Part shown: positions 36,929 through 51,250 of the stretch, piece by piece
Position numbering within the stretch: the first letter of the stretch is position 1
How the letters are laid out: each line of letters begins with the position of its first letter
Assembly (NCBI RefSeq): GCF_009914755.1
Contig: NC_060930.1
Strand: one strand, 5' to 3'
DNA from: the human T2T-CHM13v2.0 reference genome, Homo sapiens
DNA: 64,000 nucleotides
Program-made: the position numbers and the translations under genes
Notes under the pieces: generated by a model
Told to the model about the DNA's origin: nothing
Seen by the model: the letters and a program-made list of their open reading frames with translations, nothing else
Databases searched by the model: none

Positions 36929-39900
36929 GTGCACAAATTAGAACTCAGGATTAAAACTCACTCAAAACCACACAATTACATGGAAATTGAACAACCTACT
37001 CCTGAATAACTCCTGGGTAAATAACAAAATTAAGGCAAAAAAATCTTTGAAAAAATTTCTTTGAAACCAATGAGAAGAAAGAGGCAACATACCAGAATCT
37101 CTAGGACACCGCTAAAGCAGTGTTAAGAGGGAGATGTATAGCACTAAATGCCCATATCAGAAAGCAAGAAAGATCTCAAATTGACACACTAACATCACAA
37201 TTAAAATAACTAAAGAAGAAAGAGCAAGCAAATCCAAAAGCTAGCAGAAGACGAGAAATAACTATTATCAGAACAGTGTTGAAGGAGACAGAAACATGAA
37301 AAACCCTCCAAAAATTAATGAATCCAGGAGCTGTTATTTTGAAAAAATTAATAAAATAGATAGACTGCTAGCTAGACTAATAAGGAAGAAAAGAGAGAAG
37401 AATCAAATAGACACAATAAACAGTGATAAAGGGGATATCACCACTGACCCCACAGAAATACAAACTACCATCAGAGACTACTATAAACAACTCTGTGCAA
37501 ATAAACTAGAAAATCTAAAAAGAAAGGGATAAATTCTTGGACACATACACCCTCCCAAGACTAAACCATGAAGAAATTGAATTTCTGAATACACCAATAA
37601 CAAGTTCTGAAATTGAGGCAGTAATTAATAGCCTACCAACCAAAAAAAAAAAAAAAAAAAACACACACAGGACCAGATGGATTCCTAGCTGAATTCTACA
37701 AGAGTTACAAAGAGGAGCTGGTACCATTCCTTCTGGAACTATTTCAAACAGTTAAAAGGAGGGACTCCTCCCTAACTCATTTTATGAAGACAGCATCATC
37801 CTCATACCAAAACTTGGCAGAGACACAACAAAAAAGAAAATGACAGGCCAATATCCCTAATGAACATCTATGTGAAAATCCTCGATAATATGCTGGGAAA
37901 CCGAATTCAGCAGCACATCAAAAAGCTTATCCACCACAATCAAGTCGGCTTCATCTCTGGGATGCAAGGCTGGTTCAACATATGCAACTCAATAAACGTA
38001 ATTCATCACATAAACAGAACCAAAGACAAAAACCACATGATTATCCCAATAGATGCAGAAAAGGCCTTTGATAAAATTCAACATTGCTTCATGTTAAAAA
38101 CTCTCAATATACTAGGTATTGATGGAACATATCTCAAAATAATAAGAGCTATTTATGACAAACCCACAGCCAATATCATACTGAATGGGCAAAAGCTGGA
38201 AGCATTCCCTTTGAAAACCTGCACAAGACAAGGATGCCCTCTCTCACCACTCCTATTCAACATAGTATTGGAAGTTCTGGCCAGGGCAATCAGGCAAGGG
38301 AAAGAAATAAAGTATATTTAAATAGGGAGAGAGGAAGTCAAATAGCCTCTGTTTGCAGATAACATGACTGCATATTTAGAAAACCCCATTGTCTCAGCCC
38401 AAAAACTCCTTAAGCTGATAAGTAACTTCAGCAAAGTCTCCGGACACAAAATCAATGTGCAAAAATCACAAGCATTCCTATACACCAGCAATAGACAAGC
38501 AGAGAGTCAAATCATGAGTGAACTCCCATTCACAATTGCTACAAAGAGGATAAAATACCTAGAAATATAGCTAACAAGGGATATGAAGGACCTCTTCAAG
38601 GAGAACTACAAACCACTGTCCAGGGAAATAATAGAGGACACTAACAAATGGAAAAACATTCCATGCTCATGGATAGGAAGAATAAATATTGTGAAACTGG
38701 GCATACTGCCCAAAGTAATTTAAAGACTCAGTGCTATTCCCATCAAACTATCATTGACATTCTTCACAAAATTAGAAAAAAACTACTTTAAATTTCATAT
38801 GGAATCAAAGAAGACCCCATATAGCCAAGACAAGCCTAAGCAAAAGAACAAAGCTGGAGGCATCATGCTACCTGACTTCTAACTATACTACAAGTCTACA
38901 GTAACCAAAACAGTATGGTACTGGTACCTAAACAGACATATAGGCCAATAGAGTAGAACAAAGACCTCAGAAATAATACCACACATCTACAACCATCTGA
39001 TCTTCAACAAACCTGACAAAAACAAGCAATGGGGAATGGATCTCCCATTCAATAAATGGTGCTGGGAAAATTGGCTAGCCAAACGCAGAAAACTGAAACT
39101 GGACCTCTTCCTTACACCTTATACAAAAACATAACTGAAAATGGATTAAAGATTTAAATGTAAAACCCCAAGCCATAAAAACCCTAGAAGAAAACCAAGG
39201 CGTACCTTTCAGGACGTAGGCATGGGAAAAGTCTTCATGAAGAAAACGCCAAAAGCAATTGCAACAAAAGCCAAAATTGACAAATGGAATCTAAATAAAT
39301 GAAAGAGCCTGTGCACGGCAAAAGAAACTATCATAAGAGTGAACAGGAATCCTACAGAAGAGGAGAAAATTTTTGCAATCTACCCATCTGACAAAGGTCT
39401 AATATCCAGAATTTACAGGAAACTTAAACAAATTTACAAGAAAAAAATTCCATCAAAAAGTGGGCAAAGGATATAATAGATACTTTTCAAAAGAAGACAT
39501 TTATGTGGCTAAAAAACATATGAAAATAAGCTCAACATCACTGATTATTAGAGAAATGCAAATCAAAACCACAATGAGATACCATCTCATAACAATCAGA
39601 ATGACAAACATTAAAAAGTGAAGAAACAATAGATGTAGGAGAAGATGTGGAGAAATGTGAACACTCTTACACTGTTGGTGGGAATGTAAATTAGTTCAAC
39701 CATTGTGGAAAACAGTATGGTGATTCCTCAAGGATTTGACCCAGCTATCCCATTACTGGTTATATACCCAAAGGAATATAAACCATTCTACTATAAAGAC
39801 ACATGCATACATATGTTTATTGCAGCACTATTTACAAGAGCAAAGACATAGAAGTAACCCAAATGCCCATGAATGATAGACTGAATAAAGAAAATGTGGT

Positions 39901-40240
39901 ACATATATACCATGGAATACTATGCAGCCATAAAAAGAAATGAGATCATGTCCTTTGCAGGGGCATGGATGAAGCTGGAAGCCATCATGCTCAGCAAACT
40001 AACATGGGAACAGAAAACCAAACACTGCATGTTCTCACTCATAGGTGGGAGGTGAACAATGAGAACATGTGGACATAGGGAGGGTGTCCACAAACCAGTG
40101 CCTGTTGAGAGGTGGGGGGCGAGGGGAGGGAACTTATAGGATGGGTCAATAGGTGCAGCAAACCACCATGGCACATATATACATACGTAACAAACCTGCA
40201 CATTCTGCACACGTATCCTGGAACTTAAAATTTAAAAAAA
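36929..40240 (+). mobile_element. 5'-truncated LINE-1 (L1PA8A/L1PA10-like)
   Basis: Starts within ORF2 near the end of the EN domain. RT remnants in ORF 37860..38321; 3'UTR gagggaacttataggatgggtcaataggtgcagcaaacc; short poly(A). Confidence 0.93.
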
Positions 40241-40254
40241 AGGATAATATATGG

Positions 40255-40591
40255 GGCCAGGCATGGTGGCTCATGCCTATAATCCCAGCACTTTGGGATG
40301 CCAAGGTGGGTGGATTGCTTGAGCCCAGGAGTTCGAGACCAGCCTGGGTAACATGGGGAAACACAGTCTCTACAAAAAATACAAAAATTAGCTGGGCGTG
40401 GTTGCACACTCCTGTGGTTCCAGCTACTCAGAAGGCTGAGGGGAGAGGATAGCTTGAGCTCAGGAGATTGGGGTTTGGATGACCCAAGATCACATCACTG
40501 CACTACAACCTGGGTGACAGAGTGAGACCCTGTCTTACAAAAAAAAAAAAAAAAAACAAAAAACAAAGAAAGAAAAGAAAAGAGAAGAAAA
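40255..40591 (+). mobile_element. Alu (AluJ-like)
   Basis: ggccaggcatggtggctc...ggattgcttgagcccaggag...A-rich tail. tatatgg on both flanks. Confidence 0.93.
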
Positions 40592-40789
40592 TACACGTAT
40601 ATGGAGAGAAACTGTGAGTATAATGGTAGAAATGGTTTCATCATTAGGTTTATCAATCAAATGTAAAATGATATTTATATTGGCTAAGTAGATAAGTGGT
40701 TAATTTATAGACACTTTAGTGTTAGCCTAATTTCCTTGTAACAAAAATATTTATGAAACATCTCTAGTAGAATATTGGCACTGATGACA

Positions 40790-41470
40790 GCAATAATTTT
40801 TTCTAGTCATGCACCCTCTTTGAAATGTGGCTTTGTTGGCTCTGTAAGTAAGAGGCAGAGCTCATTTCCTCACCCCTGGAATCTGGACAGGCCTCTTATT
40901 TTGAATTAACCAATAGAATATGGTAGAAGATCTATTAGGGAGTTCTAAACCAAGGCCTCAGGAGGCATTGCAGCCTCTGTTCTCATCCCAAAGTGCTACT
41001 ATTACCATGAGAAGTTTTCCAGCCTTATTATGAATGCAAGACAGCAAGGAATGGCCTAGCTGTCAGCCAGCAACAATTTCCAAGCATATGACAAAGACCA
41101 CCTTAGACCATTCTGTCCCAGTGGAGTGGCTAGATAATTCACTGCCTAAGTGATTCCAGATGAGACCAGCAGAATCACCTAGTTGAGCCAGCCCAAAGTA
41201 ATGATCCAAAGAAATGTGAGCAAATAAAATGTTTTGCTGTATTAACTCACTAAATTTTAGGGTGACTTGTTACTGAGAGGGTGGTGCTTCCATAGGAAAA
41301 AATCTACGACTGGTGGCATTAACAAAAGAACTGTTAGTAGAGGGTGGAGATGCAGTGAAGAGGCTGCTATATGTATCTCAAAAAAGAGTGAGTTATATAG
41401 TGCCAGAAACTTCGGCAAAGCTGTCACTTGGAGTAATTTGGAAGATAGAAAATGTAACCAATGTAGACTT
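40790..41470 (+). mobile_element. MLT1 LTR plus start of MLT1 internal sequence
   Basis: cccctggaatctgg..accaatagaat..; LTR tail aataaaatgttttgctgt..actaaattttagggtgacttgtta; then internal-like gcaaagctgtcacttggagtaatttggaagatagaaaatg. Confidence 0.65.
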
Positions 41471-41489
41471 AATATGGTTAAAATGGGCT

Positions 41490-42960
41490 TTTTCCACAAA
41501 TTGAGCTACAGAGTCATTGCAATATCAGTAAAAATTCTAGCAGGTGTTTTGAAGAAATTGGCAAGCTAATTCTGAAATTGTGAGTAAAGGCAAAAGAACT
41601 AAAATAATCAAATCATTTCAAAAAGAATAACAAGATTGGAAGATTTCAAGACATTTTATACAACTACATAGCAGGGTGGTGAGCTATTGGAATAATGACA
41701 GTCATTTAGATCAATGGAAAGTCAAGGAATAGACCCACCCTTATAAGGTCACCTGATTTGGCATAGGGATGTCAAGGTAACTCAATGGAAATCTGGAAAT
41801 GCTGGAGATAATAGAGAGAAAGAGAATCTGTGTGTGTGTGTGTGTGTGTGTAATATATGTTATACATTTTACATATATATTACATATATGAAAAATTTAT
41901 CCTTGACTATTAACTAATACCATGTACACAAATTAAATAAAAATGGATCATGGACCTGATGGTTATAGCTAAAATTATAAAACTTCTGGAAGAAAACATG
42001 AAAAATCTTTGTGACACTGGGATAGGGCAAGATTTCTTAAATAGGAAAGAGGAAATCATGAAGCAAAAATGGATAAAATGGACTTCATCAAAGTTAAAGA
42101 CTTTCGTTCTTTTAGAGACCTGGTTAAAACATGGATAGATAAGACACCAACTGGGAAAAAATGTCTGTCACACATTTATCTGACAAAATACTTGCATGGA
42201 GAATACATAAAGAACTCTTATACTACTATAATATCAAGAAAAACAGCCCAGTTTTTTAAAAAGGCAAAATATTTTAACACATATTTTACAAAAAAAATGT
42301 GCAAACAAACAATAAATCCATAAAGAGATGTTCAACATTGCTCATCAGGGAAGTACAAATTACAATCACAGTGACATATCACTACATACTCACTACAATG
42401 TCTCAAATTAAAAAGACCAGTACTACCAAGTGTTGAAAACTATGTGAGCAACTGCAACTCTCATACATTTCTGATGGGATTGAAAAATGGAGAGGGAGGA
42501 AAGTTGGTAGTTTCTTATGAAGCTAAACATGTACTTGTCATTGACCAGGAATCTCACTCCTAGGTATGCACTCAAGAGGAATAAAAATATATGTCCACAC
42601 ATGCCTACTTGCAAATGTTCATAAGAGTTTCAGTGTTAGTAGCCGAACATTAAAATATGAAATGTACAACAGCTAGTGAATAAACACATAATACCACAGA
42701 GTAGATTATGGTATAGATATACTGTGAAATGTTAACAATAGAAAGAAATGAACTATTGATACATGCAAAAATATGGATAAATATCTAAAGTATTATGATA
42801 AATGAAAGAAGCCACAAACAAAATAATATAATCTATGATAACATTAATACAAAGTCTAGAAAAGACAAAAGTACAGTAACAGAAAGCAGATCAATGGCTG
42901 CTTAAGCCCAGGAATTGGGAGAGAAATTTGTCTGCAAAGGATTATAAGAAATCATTTTTG
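41490..42960 (+). mobile_element. Old L1M (L1MD/ME-like) 3' fragment
   Basis: Degenerate ORF2 3' end (KIIKLLEEN, DKMDFIKVKDF) and an L1M-type 3'UTR. Contains a (TG)n at ~41829. Confidence 0.8.
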
Positions 42961-45900
42961 AATGTGTGTGGGTTGGGGAAGGGGAGAGTATAATTTGACG
43001 TTTTAGTCCCCTTGTCTCTGGATTAAAAGAAGTCACACAGAAGAAGCTACAGCCTTATCTATGAGGAGTTTGGCTTCCGGTTAAAATCTATGTGCGATTT
43101 TTCAGGTCTGGCTGTGGTCAATTACAAAGGCTTTAACTGATAGGTCTTGTGGAAAAAAGCTGCCCTCTCCACATCATACTTAGTGCAGACTAGTGCATTA
43201 CATCACTAAGGAGAGTTGCAGTCAAGGACTCGGGATCCTCTGTTCAGTCATGCTTTTACATACTTTAGCATTTTTAGCCAAGGAACCTTCATTCCTACAA
43301 GTCTTTCTGGGGTCTTCAGCCAAGGTTGTCTTCAAGTACGTCTACCAAGGCCTGTTTATCGGGGGAAGGAGCGGGAAACTTTGAAGACATTTTTCCTCAG
43401 TCCAACTCAGTGCTCATTTTTTTTTTCCACTCCTAGCCTGACTTCCTCCTCCAAGCCCCTGAGTCCATAAAACTACAGAATCCTTCTGTTCAGGATGCTC
43501 TCAACAGTGAGATGACCCCACATTTGTGCATATCCACCTGACCCTTGACCAGTGCACCATTCCATGGGAGAAAATGGAAAAGGGGAAGTTGGCACTCCTT
43601 CCACTTTAGACTCTTGCTTTATGGTTACCTTCATTTTTGGCTTTTTGCTTTATTCAGCTGCTCCAAAACATGGCAGCTCATTCCTCCCCCTCTCTCTCTA
43701 GCTCAGCTGAGCTCCTGACAATCCACATCCAGGCCAAATTCAGTTTTCATATCCCTCAATTTTGGGCCTGATGTATTAGAAGGAAGAGACTTATGAGAAG
43801 GGATAAATGTATTTGTCTGTGAGAAGGATAAGAAAAATTGTAGACAGAGGGAAGGCTGTTTGCAAAGACAGAAATAATAATGCTTCACATCCCTGTATCT
43901 CTGTAATGTGACTTTGCCACTCTTTCCACCAAAGGTTGGATTTAATATTTTGTCTTGGAATCTGATCTAGCTTTGTGTCTTGTTTTGAGCAACAGAATTC
44001 AGCAGAAGATGGAGTTGTGAGCCTAGGCCTCAAAAGACCTTGCAGCTGGCACTTCTGCCCTCCTGAATTTTTGACAACTGATCTGAGGCTCTATTCTAAG
44101 TCTAATAAGGGAAATTTCCTGGTCTTTCCTGGTAGAGACTGAGCAGGGAGAAGTGAAAGGGGGAAAAGTAGCAAAGAGAAAGGGAAAAACTGGGTCATTC
44201 GACAATCACAATGAACTTGAAGATGTTTTAGTTAATGTGGATGCAAAGGATGCTGGGCTGAGGATGACTGATCAGAGCTCAGGCTTGCAAGACGTAAGGT
44301 AATACTGGTCATAATTTATGGCCCAGAAATCCAAGGCAGGTAAATAGAAGAACAGATGGTAGGACAAGGACCAAAGCAGGAACCTATAAAATAATCAAAC
44401 TCAAGCTTCATTACTGGAGCTGATAGCCAAATGCAGTCGTGTCCTTGGTGATTGTGGGCTAGGAGTTGAGCAATCTGTAAGTGGAGGCTAATGACCCAGG
44501 AAGCCAAGGAGTGCTGCAGTTGATGTGGTGCTGTTCACTTCAGCAATAGCAAAATCGCTTTCCTGCAAGCCATGTTGTACTGATAATACTTGTGAGTGAT
44601 TCCATCCTTTTAACCAGGCTACACAGTCATGTGACCTCAAAGAGAGCAAGCCAATGTATAATTAGTCTTTCCACTATGGAATGCCCATGAACCAGACAAT
44701 AAATCATGGAGAAACATTAAAAAACCCAAAGACCAGTTGAAAACATGAAAATTTAATATCCTGGCAAGTAAATATATTGACTTCATGTATATACTACAAT
44801 AATCCCTGACTAAATGTTTTTTAAACTGAAAATATATTACATATAATATGCAATACATTCAGTTTTTATTTAATTAGGGATTATTATTATTATGTATTTA
44901 TATTATAATAATCTCATATTAAATTAAAATTCTGAAAATATTTGGGAGAAAGATGGATATAGTTATAGATCTATGGATACATATATTGGAGAAATATATT
45001 GTTTTATTCATTAGGTATTATAGTTATTTTGCTTCTTAGGGATTATTAATGAAGATAGATATAGAGATAGAGATATTAATATATATTCATATGCATTATT
45101 TAATCTATAAGTATTCTTGATACCAGTGCAAAAAAAGAGTGAGAATGATAATTGAGAAGAGCTTGAATTTTTCTCAGAGGGGACTTGGCATCTCTAGTGA
45201 TCCAGCTGCTTCAGACTGTAAAGAGCAGTGAACTGTCACTTTTCATTTCTAGTCATTCAAAGGACCAGTCACTTGCAGGGCTGCCCAGCATCTTTTCCTC
45301 ACCAAATTCTTAGTGATTGCCAAATGAACCTTGACTCTGAAAGAAGAGGGAAAATATTTTAACTCAAATCTATGCCACTGAGATTTACTGTCTGCTTAAA
45401 ACATCAAACTGTTTTTCATGTCATTTGCAAGGACCGAATCAAACACGGGAAGTGTAGAGATGTGTACTCTTAGGACCATATGAATATGAAAGACACAACG
45501 AATGAAGTTGTCCTTTCCCAAGAGAAATAATATACTGAAGAATGAGAAGTGGCATCCCTTCAACATACAGGGAAGGAACAGTAATGTGTTATATCTAGAG
45601 TCTTCTAAAAGAGCACAGGCTGAATAGCACTGTTTTTCAGGGAGCAGCAGAAGTTAAATGCACAGCAGAACTGTGATGAAATAGTACTGCAGTTGTTTTT
45701 AATTTTAGTAGCTAAAAAATGTCTTACGGAGACACGCACATTTTTGTCTATTACAAACCAGAGCCATTTTTAACAGAAAACTTACTTTGTTGAAAATCTG
45801 CATAAACTGTCAGGGAAAAAGTCTCTCTTTTACAAGGTAGAAGTAGCTTGAAATATAAGAACTTCTCTTAATATGGTCACTTGGGCTGACTATTACTACT

Positions 45901-48382
45901 GAGTCAACTTCTGGTTAAGCCTTAGGCATAAATAGCAAAAATACAGCAGCCCACAGAGAATTGTGGGGAAATTCTATTTTATCAATATACATATTTTTTT
46001 TACCCAGACACTTCATTTACTTCTCTGTCTCTCCTGATAACTTCCTTGAGTGCATGGAACATAACTCAGCTTTTTTTATAACCTGAGTGCCCAGCACAAT
46101 GTTTGGCCACAAAGAGCAGATGTGTAGTAAAATTTTAATAAAAGAATCTCTTAATTCTCTGATTTTCCAGTGCATATTGACTGATGATTATTGAACAGAA
46201 GGTATAATGCAACAACTAATTTTGATAGTTTTAATAGAGCTTGAAAAATATTTTGTAATCAAGGAGACTGAAATGAATGGCTCTCTAATGTGGTTACACA
46301 TTGCATTTTCCCAGGTACCCTTTCTCTCTTATTAACATGAATACTGGTATAATTCAAATGAACTGGTTCAAGCAGAACATTGTTCTTGAGACCACAGTAA
46401 TGGCCAATACAGTTTTGAATGAAGATACGGCTTTTTGTGGAAGAAGGAATTGAAAAGTTTTTTTTTTAATTAGCAGACTAGGCAATTCATATGAAGATAG
46501 GGTCCTATTAAGTTTTCTCATCAGTGTCTCCCTGATACTTAACACAATGCTTAGTAAATAGTAGGTATTCAACGTATCTATGTGGAACAACTTTATTTGC
46601 CAGGAAAACATAAACATAACCAAGAATGAACTGGCAAATTGTAAACATAAGACACTGATCTAGATTTGTGTGGACAGAATGACTTATTGGGTAAGCTATT
46701 GGCTCCTAGAGAGCTAGGTGCAGATCTTATACATTTTGTAACTCTAGAATATAACACAGAGCCTAGCACTCAGAACCTTACTTAAAAATTTAAGGAATTA
46801 TTAAATAAGTCACTATTTCAGATAGTATGAAGGCATAGTGTGACAATTTTTCTTCTCACGGTGCCCAAGGTGTTGTTGCTACTATTAAAATATGTGGACA
46901 AAGAAGATAACACATATTTTCTATCTCACTCCGTTGAAGTTCTATTCTATTTTTCTGCTCTTTTTCTTTGAGACTACCACTGTGCATGACTTATTTAGAA
47001 CCAAAAGTTTTGAACATAAAGGCATCCGACAAAGAAATCCAATTTCAAAGGTGTTTTGACCTTAAAATTCTGTCCCCTAATATTTATTCCAAGGATATGT
47101 GTTGTTGCAGTGGTTGTAAGATGCCACCAACATTGAAAGTCAAGAGGGCCAACCAGAATGGAATAAAATGAATGAGCTGAAATAAAAAGAAACTCAGATT
47201 TCTCCACTAGTTTTTACCTTTCACCTTCTGATGCTTTATGCTTAGAAGTATTCCGTCTGCCAAGTAAGGTATGTTAGCCACCATTTCAAAACTATGACCT
47301 CAAGAGTCAAAGTGATTTGATCTAAGTGACTTAGTTGAAAAGGTTGAAGGAATATCGAACTGATATCCATTACTGTGTGACTTTACCACAGTGTCTGCAT
47401 TCAAAAATAGAGATAATAAGTACTTCACTGGGTGTTCATGAGAAACAAAAGAACCAAGAGTCAGGATTCTGGTCACAAGTTAATTCTCCAGGTCAAAGAT
47501 TGTTTCTTTATTTCAAAAAATACACAGATAGCAATGAATAGTCTTACATGTTCTGTCCTAAAAATTGGTTATTCTTACTATTTCCAAGTAATGACCCATG
47601 ACAGGACAGAGGTCAAGCTTCTATATAATTACTCACAGCTGTGGTCTACACAGCTTGAATAATAGCAGCTCAATACGTTTGAAACTCTGGAGGAATGAGT
47701 CCCTTTTGCAGCCACAAGACAAATCTGTCAGAATGATGTCTTTTTTCTAGGTATATTACCCTGGGCAACATCTGACCAGTAGTAGTGTGGGCTCCTTGGG
47801 GGGCTGGGAAGCTGGAACAAGTGTCAACTGGCATTTAACGCTTATTTCTGAAGACAGAATGTTTCAGACACGAACACATGTATATATTGAATTGACAGTT
47901 TTCCTTTCAGGTTAAGTTTATTAACAAAGTTGAGGTCAGTGGCACTAAATGCAATCCTGTGTGAAGTCCATTAAAACTACCTTTTGTTCTGCTTATCACA
48001 ATGTGTTTTTTCCTTATTTTGCTAAGTTTTACAATGTTTTAATCATAGAAACTGATGTACATAGGTTTTTTTTTAAAGCAAATACTGCTGAAAGCAACAA
48101 AAAACACTATTGCACCTGTCTTATCACGCCCCTTTCCTACCTCAATGTGAATTCTGTAGTCACAGTTTCTACTTTCAGTTCTTATAGCTATTTCTTCACA
48201 CGCTCGAAATTGTCAAAGCTTCTAACAATGCCTGCCAATGATGCCAATGTCTGGCAAACTAAGGCAATACTTAGTTTTCACTTTGGACATAAGCTAGCCC
48301 AGCTAGATAGGCTTCTGTGAATTTTCTGGGCTTCAGTATGTTTTAGCAGAGCTTTCAAGTGGGAAAAGTATCTTTACTTTCT

Positions 48383-48661
48383 TTCTTTTTTTTTTTTTTT
48401 TAGATGGGGTCTGGGTGACAGAGTGCAGTGCCTCTTATTGCAACTTCCAGCTCCCAGGCTCAAGCCATCTTCCCACCTCAGCTACCAGAGTAGCTGGGAC
48501 TACAGGACCGTGCCACCATACCTGGCTAATTTTTGTATTTTTTGTAGAGACGGGGTTTCGCCATGTTGCCAAGGCTGGTCTTGAACTCCTGGGCTCAAGT
48601 GATCCTCCTCACTGGCTTCCCAAAGTGCTAGGATTACAGAAGTGATCCACCACATCTGGCC
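48383..48661 (-). mobile_element. Alu (AluJ-like) with internal deletion
   Basis: Antisense Alu, TSD ctttactttcttt on both sides. Confidence 0.92.
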
Positions 48662-50899
48662 ACCTTTACTTTCTTTTCAGGTAAGGATCAATTAGGTCAA
48701 GGTTTATTATGTGCCATCTGACTTCCTAAGGAGGTAGTTGGCCCCTGGTAGAGCATCATGAGAACCAGCTACAGTCTAGTGCTTAAGTCAGTCTACCCTT
48801 ATCTAGTGTGGTGATAGGTCAGGGCTGGGAGCCACTGGACCACCATATAGTTGCAAATGTAAGGCTTGGAACTCTGTCTTCTGATCACTCTAGCGGGAGA
48901 TTTTTCACTCCAACCAAGAAAGGCAAAGAGCCAAACAGGGAGAGAAGTCAAGATCCTGCCATGTCTTTCTTATGGGGATGGGGAAAACGTGTATAGCTTT
49001 TGTCTAACTATCACCTGTTCTCTGCAAATATTATAAGGTTTCCCTATGCCATTCTTTTTTCTATTTAGACTGCTTCTCCAGACTGACATATTATTTCCAG
49101 GAGCCAAAACTCCACTGTTTTTTTCAAAGTCCAGCTATAATACCAGCATGATCATTGCCTTCCCTGTATAACCAGTAACATTGTCTTTTTCTCGCTCTGA
49201 ATTGTCATAGGATTGCCTTATAGCAGTTAAAACTTTCTAACTTTTAATATAATAATTTTTTAATGTAATCATAATTAACATAATACTCTGTATACATTTC
49301 TTATCTCCTACATAAGCAGAAAACCATATGATGGCACAGACTTTTTTTATAGGCACATAATAATCATGTAGCTATAGTAAGTATTTCCATCTTTTGCCTT
49401 TTCAACAGTGTAATTATCTTTGTGATTTTTTATTTAATGCCAATCTACTCCATAGGCTATTACTTGTATTTCAGCAGAGACAATACACACCTTATCCTCA
49501 AGTGTATTCTTATAACTTAGCAAAATGCCAGGTATATAGTAGAAATTCATGAATATGTGATGAGTGGATGAATAACAAAAAACATAAGGCATTGAAAGAT
49601 TCTGACATTCCTTTTGAAGTTGAAATTAAGTGAAGTTTAGTATGGCTTTAGAATCACGAACATATTTTATATGTTAATTACTTGAAAAATGATGAACTCA
49701 TTATATGTGTAACTGGGATATTAAGCAAGCAAAATTTGTATTTGTAGAGCATAAGAATCAAAAAGTATTTTTATTTTCATCTTCCACTATCTCTTTAAAA
49801 TTTATTTATATGAGGGTGGGAGAGATTTTACCCTGATCCATGATGAAAATTCTGGCAATCTCATTATTTTTAAAAGCTAACACAAAGACTTCTGCTCTTT
49901 TAAGTAGTAAAATTTAACCACCCTCCTTCAGAAATTAAAATTAGAATATCTAGTCAAACATATTAATCAACACTTCAATCTTCAACCACAGGTAAGACTT
50001 TTCCCCACTTCCCCAGGTCTGGCCATCTGCAGGCAAATTGCATGCCACCTGGATAGGGTTTGGCCTTTTCTGTTTCCCTCCTTATTTTTCTACCCTTTCT
50101 CCCCCATCTAGCTCCCACTCCCAGATTAAATCTGGGGAAGGAAAAATGGAAAAGGGAGCCAGAAGATTCTGGCTTGAAGGCACTGTACATTTTAGTCTGG
50201 CAAATGTTTCCAGATGTATTTATTCATTTGCTTATTCATTGCTCATGAGTGTTTTTAAGGATTCTGCGGTGATTCCTCACTGAAAATATTCAGTGGTGCT
50301 ACCCCTGACAAGGGAATGGTGACAAAGAAATTGCTGCAAGCTGTGTTTTCCTCTGACTGACACTCCCATTACTATCCTTGTTTTGAGGAATATACTATAG
50401 GTTCTCTCAGTATGGGCCTCATCACCCTTCCAGAGATCTTTGGAAAGTATACAAAATAGCTCCAAGATGGCCTACACCTAGTCCATGAGAGAAACATACA
50501 TACTTTGCCTCTGCTAGCAATGGGAGTATAGCTGGTTTCCAATTGGCATGCCTTTTGCTCTGATAACTCAGAACAGTAGACAAAGTCTCTCTCATAAATT
50601 TCCAAGTGTAAGTCAGACTCTAGTCTGCTGAGTTTATAAAATCAAGGAGATAGCTGTCACATTTAATTCATGATCCCTATCAAGCCTGTCTCTGTAGGCT
50701 TGAGGGGAAGGGAAAGCACATCTTCACCCCTGTATTGAACAGAATAGATTGAGACACATAGCACAGATTTCTTCATAGAAATAATCTTTCTCAAATCTCT
50801 TCTATATATTTTGTATGTCATTTATTTATCATCCCAATAATGTTGTACAATATTTTGCATGTTGTCCAACATGCTGTAATTCAATAATCTGGTTTGTAC

Positions 50900-51250
50900 T
50901 TGGTTGAACTATCCACTCATATGTTAGCTAGATTTATTCATCTGTCTGCACTCAGCTGTGAGTTGGCCAATCTAGAATGGCCTCTGCTGAGGTGAACCAG
51001 ATGTGTTAGTACTACTACTCAGGTATCATCCTCTAGCCAGCTAGTTTTGCCATGTTCTCATAGTAATGGCAGAGGAGGAAAAGAGAACATGCCCACGCAT
51101 CACATTTTCCAACACCGTATACACCAAAGCAAGTCACTTGGCCAAGTGCAGAACCAGAGTAGAAAAGAATTACAAAGCTATATGTCAAAGTACATGGAAG
51201 CAGAAAAGAGAAAGCATTAGGGCCATTAATTCAAGCAGTCTCCTGCATTC
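50900..51250 (-). mobile_element. MLT1 LTR fragment
   Basis: tctagaatggcctc..catgttctcat..atggcagagg..gcaagtcacttggccaag, reverse MLT1 motifs. Confidence 0.55.

Noticed and set aside
36900-36930. TSD or 5' inversion for the second L1
   Set aside because: No convincing match between the left flank and the sequence after the poly(A).
42990-43690. Possible MER21/MER77-like LTR
   Set aside because: Only vague motif resemblance; termini and TSD not identifiable by eye.
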